From assembly GCF_910592395.1 (NCBI RefSeq), contig NC_088308.1:1116001-1180000 (forward strand): a stretch of 64,000 nucleotides of DNA. Reading direction: 5' to 3'. Shown here piece after piece: positions 48,331 to 58,800 of the stretch. Both the position numbers and the translations under genes were made by a program. The notes beneath the pieces were generated by a model. It saw only the letters and a list, made by a program, of their open reading frames with translations. It was not told the DNA's origin and did no database searches. The DNA comes from Lineus longissimus (taxonomy: Eukaryota). Each line of letters starts with the position of its first letter. Within the stretch, counting starts at the first letter, position 1.

Positions 48331-50785
48331 GCGCTGATTCAGCCTGCCTTGACCCTTGTTGCGGAGGTCAGATTCGCAGACACCTCTCGGGTCGTGGCGC
48401 CGCTGACTTGCCCTGCCCCCAAGTGTTCATCTGGCGCACACTTCTCATGACGCGTTCACCCAGACACAATGCTACTCTCCCCAAGGCTAATCCCGTCATA
48501 ATCGAACCAAAATTTAACTTCTGGGTTGTCCCGAACTCAGCCCGATTGAAAATGTTTAATTACGGTAAAAACCGCATATTAAATTCTACTAAAGAAAACC
48601 TGCGCCAACAATGAGATCTAGTGGCGTTCTCTGGCGTTTGTAATCAGCATACGGGTGGTTTCTATATATCTTGTCATCAGGCATGAAAAGGGTCTTTCAT
48701 TTGGTCCCTGTGACGGTGCTGCATGCTGCTGCACTGGCGCCCGTCTTCTCGCCGACGCCAGCAATATAATATACGAGCAAGCCTCCGCGGCTGTTCTGTC
48801 CCCTAGGGGCGTGTCCGCTAATGGTAGGCTTCACTTCATGCGATTTAAACGCTCGCTTAGTGGCGCTTTTAATGACATGCTCAAATGTGAGTCTTGTCAG
48901 GAGTGGTTAGGATACCATTATCCGGTTGATCCTCAGACAGGGCCCCATGACCGAGGCGCCGGTTTCATCTCGGGACAGATGGATCTCCTGACGCAGAATC
49001 ACCTTGTTGTCATCCGTTTCGTCTCTGTATCGCTCAGCAACGGCAACAAGGTTTTGTCAGGGTCGTCCACATTTGTCAGTTCTGTCACAGCAAGTTCAAT
49101 CGATCAGATCACCATCATCGAGAAGACTTTCCTTTACCCGTCCAGTATCTGAGAACAAGAAGCTTCCCTGAGTCCCATGGGGGTGAAGAAAAAGGAATCC
49201 CATCATTCAGACATGGGGGCAGAAATACCACTTTGTATGCAAACAGGCTTTTTACATCGTTATTCATTACTTATAAATATAGCAAATCATTGTGAGGGTT
49301 AATAACAAGGTAAAGAGGCGGAACGTTTATTTGCCCTACGATTGTAACTGAATAGAAAACTACATGGGCTACTTTTCCCCCAATTTGTATAAGGGAGCGA
49401 CCGACATTGTAAGAACCCGGGCGCCCTGACCAACCTGAGCGTGAGCGGGTTAAACAATCTTGAAAGTGTCAGTTCCACTTCAGTGTTGTTACTTATTGAA
49501 AGAGAGACAGTATCACTTGTACAAATTCAGAATTAATTACAATTTGTTTGAAATACAAAACATGGTGTGTGGTTTTCGGCGACGGCGCCAAAACTATTTG
49601 TTATTATTTGTCAGTTACATGTAAAGTATTTGAATGAATGTGGAATGCGCTGGAGAGAGTTTGTTGAAAAAATACATTCTGGTAGGTTTTTGAACACCTA
49701 AATGCCATAATAGGAAAACATAGTCTGGCTAATCGGTTAATACCGTTAGTCAGAAACGCCAATGCAATATATCTTTCGGTTTTGCTTGGATTTTTAACTT
49801 TCTTGAGTCTGAAGATCTTTTAAACAACTCTCACCTCTTGCACAGTTAAGTTTGAACTCTCTGCACCAACGAAATAATCATATGCTGAGGTCGTTCCCCT
49901 TTCCAACTTACCCTCCCAAAATTTGTAATTGGGCTAGTGCTTTTTCACAAATTCGAAATTTAGAGGGGGGGGGGGCTGAAAACAAACAGAAGACGCTCCA
50001 CTGTCTATATTTACCTAGAAAAGAGCGGAAGCTTTAAGCCATACTAACGTAACTTTCCAGACAATACGGTATTCTGAATAGATAGACAATGATCGCACAA
50101 TGCATGCAGATCGTTTCTTTTATTTGAAACTTTCTCCAGCAGCTGATGAAACACAAAATGAAATCATGGAAACGAATCCTACAGAACAAAACGAAACGGC
50201 ACCCGCAAACCGCAGGCGTGCCGACAGAATTCTACACCGGCCAAGGATTAAATCTCGAGATAGCGACATCTCTTGCAACCAATCGCAGTCACAATCAACA
50301 CCAGTCGCCTGAAAGACGAAGCATCTCTCGTCACATGACACGGAGGATGGTGGTGTCATTTAATGTCGCCAACGAATATTAATCTAATTACAGTTACATC
50401 ATCTAGTGTTGACATAATCACGGAAACGGGTCACTCAGCGCCTGCGTTCCCAAATGGACCCAATTGATTGATTATACAGGTTGACCCAAATGAATGCCAT
50501 CTTAAAAGTTGGTGCATTGTGCATCTTTAGAGTTAGCATTTTAAAGGCCGAAACGAAATTAAGATGAGTGCGTCTGAACGAAAAATTCGTAAGGCGGTAG
50601 ATTGTTCGTCTATAAAGATCTCTTTTGTCGGAAGTAATGTGAGACTAAACTCCCGTAAAGTCCCTATTAATTAAAACATAACCTTTGAATGAGCCGTTAG
50701 CGAGATATTTGAGTGGTACTTAAGCACTGTTGATCCCAATAAGTTGCAGTGAGTGTCTCTCGAAGGGTTCCCCTGTCCCGATCAC

Positions 50786-50801
50786 CAGACATGACGGCGC
50801 C
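50786..50801 (-). promoter_or_regulatory. Candidate BMP-responsive element GGCGCC-N5-GTCTG
   Basis: Plus strand CAGAC-ATGAC-GGCGCC equals minus strand GGCGCC-GTCAT-GTCTG, matching the Smad1/5 + Smad4 (Mad/Medea/Schnurri) composite spacing; 2.3 kb downstream of the noggin stop. Confidence 0.5.
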
Positions 50802-53061
50802 CCGCTAAGCTTCGAAGGCGGATTTTCGTCTAACTTGGATCAATATTGTGAAAAAAGAGGACCCTTGAAATCGCATTTTCTCTAAGTCCTGTCTTAACTC
50901 GCATAATCTGATCTTTGCGTTGGGATACAGAATAGTTATTCAACGACACTGTTAACTTTTGAAGGCTCCTTCAAGAGCTTTGACCAGTTCGAAACGCCTC
51001 AATTCCTTTGTTGTGAACAACATGTTTTTCCTCTACCGATTTTTCCGTTATTAGTCCCTTTGAACTTCACAAATGCAGTTATTTTCTTGTGAAGTTTTGC
51101 GAATTAAATGGCTTTTGTCGGAAGAAAGGAATTTAATGAATCTTTGTGTCCGGGAACTGCTGTACAACCCAAAGACTGTTGTGCACAAAATCTGCCATGA
51201 TATTGATCTGAGGAGAAAAAAATCATAAACTCGGGAAGCACTCATGATCACCTGTCTCACTATACACGGACTCTTACGCAGAAGTCATGGAAATTCCGAG
51301 CATGAGGGTATCATTCCTGAGCAAATATCTAACGGGTCGTGCTGCACGAACGGTGCAGACGATCGCAAATCAACCAGTGGATGTTAAAGGGTCAATTCTC
51401 TATTAAGAACAAAGTACAAAATCAGAGAGTTTCTGCTTCAATGTAAGAAGTGTGCGGCATGCTGCCACATATCTTCAGTTAGATCGCTCTTGGCACACGT
51501 TTGAACTGTGTTGTACAAATCGTTACATGGCCTCTCCTTCTAGCTGATTAACCAGGCTAATTTTCTTACACCCCTCTACTAACCAGACACTGATACCTCA
51601 ATACTTCTAAAGAACACGCGCCTAACTTAAGAAAACAAATTAAACTGAATTTGTGACGGATGTCAGGTTAAAAAAAACATGAATGGTGTGAAGTTATCAT
51701 TCCAGGGTCAATTATAGAATGACCAAACATTACGCAGTGATGACGACAAGTCTTTGAAAGTCACTGGCCTGATTTCTACAGTTGAACATTTTTGGAAATC
51801 TAATTTTGTACTGTCGACGCGCGTGCTTCGCAAACGACCTTTTATGGCCGCTTTGTTGGGAGAAGGAAGCCATGGTTTTCCCCTGAAACTGCAGAATAAC
51901 GGTTGATCTCAGGATCTACTGCCACTTTGACGAAACACAATCACATAACTGACAAACAAACGTGTTAAATATAACGAATTTTATGTATGCTTTCATTTCA
52001 GGTACATGTATTTCCCAAACCGGAAGTAGCATTTAAAAACAACATTTCTAAAGCTGGAGGTAACCGAAACCCTAGCATTCAGCATGACGGTCAGAGTGAG
52101 AATATTCCCTCGGCAGAGAGTACATTCACTTTTATGCATTCTCAATTGTGAAATACCAATTACTTCTTGTAGTTTTTCGTTCAGTTCAAGTTTCAAGTAT
52201 TGGCGGCTACTTTATCATGCCTTTGCAAAGCATTCTTCAAGTAATGACACTTGTTTATAAATACATTGTACATTATGCTCAATGATTAAAGGACAATAGC
52301 CTCGACACCTATGAATATTAGTCATAATGACTACAAAAACAGCAATTAAAATTATTGCAAAATCTGACTTAACCTGTCACTTTCACTCAAGGTTACGATG
52401 GCCGCAAATCTCCGGTCTCTTTTGAAACCAGCGAAAAAACACGCTCATTGTCTTTTCAATGTAATCCCCAACATTCAAATCTTGAATCACAAGTCTAAGT
52501 AAAACACTGACGCGGTCATTTTCCACTGATCTAATTCATTACTTATTACTCTCATATGGTCCATGCATTAGATAAATATTAAACTTTTTGTATTGTTTTT
52601 TTACAAACAATACATTTACACCCGCTTCTAAGTTTTCCTGCATTTATGCTGGCCTAAAAATGTCAGCGACATGTCACAATCAACTAACGTTCAATATTAC
52701 TGGCTCAATAACAGACGGGAGTCCTACACACCATGAAACTACCTCTCTGGCCATAAGTTACAAAACGATAATATTAATAATCTGTTTATGTACAAAATAT
52801 TTACACCCAATTTTTCCAGTTTATAGCACTATTTGTAAACTCCAAGAGTTGAACACATCTACGTGCCAGTATAGGAAGAGGTAGCCATTTCTGAGATATA
52901 GTCAGTGAGACAGTTTACCCACCAATGGCAGCACACGAAATTCGACTTTTGACTTCTAACGTCCATCACAACTCGACTAGCACTTGCCATGTCCACGGCG
53001 CCCGCGATCGAGTCGAGCGAACAACGAGGACGAGCGTCCAATGCGAGCGTCACATCCTGAG

Positions 53062-53564
53062 CTAACATCCACACTTACAACCTGACGTCACTGGAATCTG
53101 CGCCTCAATCCACGAACAGTCTTTCTCCTTCGTATCCCAATTCGACACACAGAAATACCTCAACAGAGTCAATTTAGTTGATGCCATGGGTTTGCATCGC
53201 ATCCCAGCAGGGATGGAACACGATTGCTTACTGTCACAACTACCTGTTTTAATCCAGCGCGGCCAGAATCGCACACCAATGTCCTTCCACTTATGTAACA
53301 CAGAACAGTGCGTATAAGATATGAGAAATCGCTTCACTTTGTTTCGTATTCTCTTGCTAACTTTTAATAATGAATTATCACTGTCTTTTGAGACGACTTT
53401 TCGTACTAAACGTCTGAGATCGCGTGGTATGTGGTGGCGATCGGGCGAACTGTACGTCCCGTTTGGACTGAGTATCATCTCTAATGGCTGCTCGACTGAC
53501 ATGAATTCGGGGTTGAAGTTTGATCCAAGGATTTTGTGCAGGATGCGAGGGTTCAATTCGAGAC
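53062..53564 (-). CDS. nog: noggin coding exon 2
   Basis: ccattgcag | (G)LELNPRILHKILGSNF...CKCGC TAG. Confidence 0.95.
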
Positions 53565-53950
53565 CTGCAATGGAAACGAGTAATGAAGAGCGTGTTTATA
53601 TGACAATCAATCACTTTCGAATAATAATCAAGCCCACTCGTCTTCATCCCTCTTTAAAAAATGGCCTCAAAAAAGACACACACATTCACAAAGTAGGTCA
53701 CCCAAATATTCCTTGACATAGCCAACATACCTTTTGGGTCGAGAGATGGGTCCACTGGCTCAATGAGGTCGACAGCGGAGTGTGTCTCGGACGGCATCGG
53801 GCGGCTTCCCCCTACAATCGGCGGACGCCGCGCGTTCAGCTTGTTGATTCGTATAGCGGACAGGGAGCCAAGTTTCCGCGCCAATGACACCGCCTGGATA
53901 CCGTTTGAGAGGTACATCAGGAACACCAAGATATGACCAACAGCACACAT
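53062..53950 (-). CDS. nog: Noggin (secreted BMP antagonist), 2 coding exons 53950-53731 and 53564-53062, 240 aa
   Basis: Signal peptide; clip RPMPSETHSAVDLIEPVDPSLDPK; LGSNFNPEFMS; basic heparin-binding-type stretch KVSKRIRNKVKR; nine-Cys knot YTHC...WKDIGVRFWPRWIKTGSC...SCSIPAGMRCKP...C...C...CKCGC*. Phase-1 intron AAG|gtatg...ttgcag|GT. Confidence 0.96.
53731..53950 (-). CDS. nog: noggin coding exon 1
   Basis: MCAVGHILVFLMYLSNGIQA...DPSLDPK; acceptor tttctcttttcag lies 3 nt before the ATG; donor gtatg at 53730. Confidence 0.9.
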
Positions 53951-55553
53951 TTTCTGAAAAGAGAAAAGTTGAGAAAGAAATCAATGATGATCCTTAGCAT
54001 TTCATGTTTTCTTTTTGGATGTGACAGGAACGATGTCTTTGGTTGAACCACCGACTTTTGAAAGTGTCGTTGGTTCAACTGAGAAGAATTGTCACAAATA
54101 GAACTCCGGGAGCAAAAAAGCTTACAAAGATAGGGCATACCATGCTGACAGACGATAGGGTTGGTCATTTAATGGGAAAATCCAAATCTTGTTTTAGGTC
54201 TAGGTATCAGGGAAAGTCTGAGTGAGATTAACTCTGATCTGGCAAGATTTCGCAGTCGAACTCTAACTTGTAGAGTTGGGTGTGATCGCAATATTATCGT
54301 TTAGAATGCGGCTTGGATGGTTACGCTCAGCAAGACTCACTATAGTCTTCCCAATAAGAAAGTAATAAACCAGCCATGAATCTCAAGAGTGACACCAAGG
54401 ACATGACAAAACCTTAGTCAGCGCTTCGTCACAATTCAATGAAAGGATAAGGAAGATAAATGTTGATTGTTAATTTGGGATCATGAGATGATTCTGCGAG
54501 GTGCTTTTAACAAAACCAGAACGTGATGTAGTGACTTTATGAAAGATTGGACTCAGAAAGTTTGAAAAGAGTTTTTCAATTGAGGTCCCGTTAGAATGAC
54601 ATTGAGATGAGAGTGGATCGTAAGTGTCGTCCTCCGCATTCGCCATACAGAAAGTGACTTCACCTTGGGATTGCCACCGTATTTCTGTGTTATGATTGCG
54701 GTCACAGATGAGCTGTCAGTAAACAAGGAAATGACGAAAACGATTCGTATTCGAATTGAAACGTAAGGTCTTTCGCTACGGTTGGCCACTGAAGTACAGA
54801 ACATTTCATATCAGAGTTTGCGGTGATCTGAACTGAATTAAGTCAATGGCTTTAACAAAAGACAAGGTGTAGCAGAAATAATATGAAGGATTATAGTGAA
54901 GTTGGAAACTTCAAGCGCGCGGTCTCGTCCCGTTATTGGTGCACGACATCCCACTTCGCCGTCTTCTCAGGCACTTGTGCCGTCTCTCTTGGGCTCGATT
55001 AAGACCGTGGCCCGCGAACATGCTGTTGAGAGTTTCTGCAGTGATCATTTTGTTCAGTGGAATGATATCATTATATTCAATAAACCGCGACTGTCAGTGG
55101 CCTGGGAGATCGGCATATTCGATGCAGTTGTCATCGCCAGACATGTATTATACGTTGACAGTTCCAAACTTCAGCCCATGAACTACAGTTTAAGCGTCTT
55201 AAATTGATGGCTGGTGCAGCTTGTTGCCTATACACATCAGTATCGATCGTATCCGGAAGAAACTTAACATAACTGTTCACATTTGCGTCACATTAACGTA
55301 AAACAATAACAATGCGGTTTTGTGGCAAAAACTCGGCCCTAACAATTTGATACAAGAATACATGCAGATACATCATAACATGATGACTGACACTTCCACA
55401 AAAATAAAAAAAGCATTGTTATAAATTACAATTATCAAAATGAAACGAAATATTTCAGTGACAAGCTCGTCGTGTCTATGACCATAGTTATATCCAATCG
55501 TATCCAATAGCAAAATACTTCAAAAAGGTGCAATGAAAACACAGTATATATAC

Positions 55554-55840
55554 CTTGGTGTTACGTCATCCGTAATGCGAATGTGAAACTACAATAGTAT
55601 CCTTTGACAGAAAAAACTCGAAAACTAAAACAATATTCTGTGGAAGCAGAATAAAATCCGAGTAAGGTAGAACCAAAAGGATAATCCGGTTGATGAAACA
55701 GAGGATGCAGTTGCGAATGTATCTATGTGAAGATATGCGAAAAGACGACGAGGTTGTGACAGGCGGACGACCGAACAAGAAGTGTTGTGATCTGAGCAAA
55801 CGAGGCCCTTAAAGGCTGAGTCCCCATTGTGAGCCATTGG
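55554..55840 (-). promoter_or_regulatory. Candidate noggin core promoter and non-coding first exon
   Basis: Minus strand: CCAAT (55840-36), Sox-like ACAATG (55830-25), TATA-like TTTAAG (55813-08), initiator-like ACACTT ~30 nt downstream (~55783), donor AAG|GTATAT at 55554/55553. The acceptor before the ATG implies an upstream exon exists; this location is inferred. Confidence 0.45.
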
Positions 55841-58800
55841 TTCGGGGGAACAAACACCGCGACACGAAGTCTAGACGGCCGTGGCGTCAACGAGAACGCT
55901 TCATGCGCTCGCTATGTGTATACACTTAATCTATTGTTGGATTATTGTAAGACAATAGGCATGGTGTTAAGCTGTGGACACTCATTGTCGTTGTGTCATT
56001 GTGTTTTTGAGAGTCGCGCTGCGCCGCAAATAATAATGCTTTCTTTTCTCGCGATATACGCTTCTCATTCTATTCCTATCAAACTAGCTTTATTAAAATG
56101 ACCTTCTTTAATTGTTCCTCTCCAACTAATACTGATCTTTTGCTGCGGGCAATGGGGAACGCAGCGCCTTGGAATTAATTTCTTGAAGTTTACACGTATT
56201 AAAACTCGAGTGGAACGCCCGGTGAACTATCCATGGCGCCAACTTGAACTGGTTATAAAAACCACAAAATTAACGATTAACAAAGTTAATTTTATTCTCA
56301 AACGAGCCGAGTAATTTATAAAAATATCCGCTATAGAAGCCAACGAGCCCATAGTCGCCACCCCGTTATGATTTTAAATTGTATTGTAAAATTTTCGGTC
56401 ACGAGCGCATTTCCTGTTGAAATATGAATTTTCTTTAGCATGCGCGGACCGAAGGAGGTGTATATAGTTCGTAAGATGGACTCCTGTTGAGTTTAATCCT
56501 ACATTTTCAAATAAAAAAACCAACATGTATGTCAGTTTCGATCGCATATTTCCCACATTATTCTGACCCCGCGCGCTGCAGGCGGGCAGGCGGGCGCAGG
56601 CGGGCTCCGGGACCTGCACATGTAAAAATAGTAATTGAAATCTTCGGACCGTAATTTTTCTATTTAACATGCCTGGGAGACCTGGCTATAACTGAAACAC
56701 ATGTACTAGTGCAGTCTTTATAAGCAAAATGTATAAATGTTAGAGGTTTTTTACATTTTTTTGCTATTGTATTTTAAGTTCCACAGGTCAGTGTCAGGCC
56801 CACAATCGGTATCAACTTTGAGTCCCATCCCAGGCCAAGTTTGGTGAATATCGGCGCTTGTAAAAAGAGTGCTACAAGGGGTGGGGGGTGGGGACATTAT
56901 GTCAGACACCTTCCAGACATTTTAGATTTAAGAAACTATGGTGTTATTGATTGGAAGTGTGAATAAGCGTTGCTCCTTTGCCCGATGCAGGCGCAAGACA
57001 CCCGTGTGTGCGTGTGCAGATTGAGTGTGGAAAACACGCTGGGCGCCCCCTTTTATTGGAATGTTTATGACAAATCTATGGACTCATGTTTGAGCCTCTT
57101 GACTTCACCAATAAATTCTCAACGTAAATGGGGAAGTGAGAAAGATCATTCTCCACACAACAATACAAAACGCCACTATTTCTGCTTGGAGGATGATGAG
57201 CGTCTGCAAGTCCATTTCAGCAACAAGTATGTGCAGAGTGGAAATCTAAGAATGAAAGAGGATTTTTCAAAAAATCATCAAATACCTTGGTGATATCAGT
57301 TATCCAACCTTGAAAAGCATTTCGATTAGTTTTCCACATAAATCGCTATAATCCAAATAAAGAAAAAAGAACGGACAAAATCTTGGTCTTCGCACAGCAA
57401 ATCCAATGGAAAAGTGATCCAATAATGTCAAATTTTATTTGGGGGTAACTGGAGTGCGCTTATTTGGTTAATTGATTCAAGATTGAGTCGGTGACAGTGC
57501 TCATCGACCAATTACTCTAATTATATTTTGCAAGGGTAGATACATAATCCATTGGTGAGCAATGAGAACTGATGTAATCAATTACATCTTGATTACACTT
57601 GTAAACAAACTGAAGCTAATTACACTGTCATCTTTTAACTCCATACATCATGTACTTTACGTTAGGCACAGTAATTTGATTAGTGTGTCCTTGTAATTAG
57701 CTTGACAATATACTAGTGTTAGATTTTAAGTTTATTTAGTGCATGTATCTCATTTCTATAGACAACCATCACAATTACACCTAAAACCAAGCCATAACCT
57801 CCCAATATACGATATAAAATGGCCAATACATGTCACAACTTCCGTGCCAAAGTACCTCTCGTGGTGACATTTTATACCTTTTCTGGCGTCAAAGGCGCCG
57901 TGGCGTGTCATCAGTATAACTATCATGGCGTGTGGACATTGCTTTATTACGAAATAGGTAAGGAAAATGTAATAACATGCTTGATAATAGACAAGGGACC
58001 ATCCATTCATTATAACACACTATATTAGAATGAACTGTTGCTCATAAGGACATTTTTTCTTCGGACCAAGATTTCCTGATACAGCGGTAATCTGAAGTTG
58101 TAATAATCATGTGGACAACTGACGATCTCGATGATTACTTGATTTAGGAGTGATTGCTGTTTACAACTAATCAATTAAAACAGAAGAGGAACAAAACATG
58201 GGCATTATGTTTGAGTAAAAGCCTAGCCCGATCCATAACTTCACATCTCGCACATTTGTATAGCTTTTTCACACTTCGTATTGGCAATTAAACCGGCGCC
58301 AATTGAGAAATTCACGCGTTGCTGAGAAATACTCACAGCCGCGGAATATCTGTGAATGTGCATGTTTTTACAGAGCTTTGGGGCTTTGGAAACCATAGTC
58401 TGAAATCATGACGCCATAAGGGCTTCAGCCAATCGGATAGGCCTAACATGATATCTTCCCCGTACCATCGTTTTGTTATCTTCACAGTTAAAGATCATTG
58501 AAGCAGAGTCTTGGAAGACTCCGATCAAAATATCTCCAACATGCAGTGTCATTATCACCACTTTCATTGTGGAGTAGTTGTTCGTGGATAAACTGACAAA
58601 ATCATTTTCATAAAAAAAACCTCACTTTCTCCACGGCGCCTGTTTCTAAGAGATCATTTTATAAACCATGATTTAGGCATGAAACATGATAACATTTAAA
58701 AGAAAGTTAATCCGGCAATTGTCCTTTTTGAGCAATTGACATGATTACAGAATAGCTGTTCCCTGGTGATTATAGGAATCACATCTAATTGCTGTCATTA

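Noticed and set aside
48192..49152. ORFs of 140 and 165 aa downstream of the LINE
   Set aside because: The first is partly translated minisatellite; the second lacks an ATG start and recognisable domains.
53062..53556. ORF-track noggin start at 53556 (164 aa)
   Set aside because: That codon is TTG inside exon 2; the signal peptide and clip are in the upstream exon 53950-53731.
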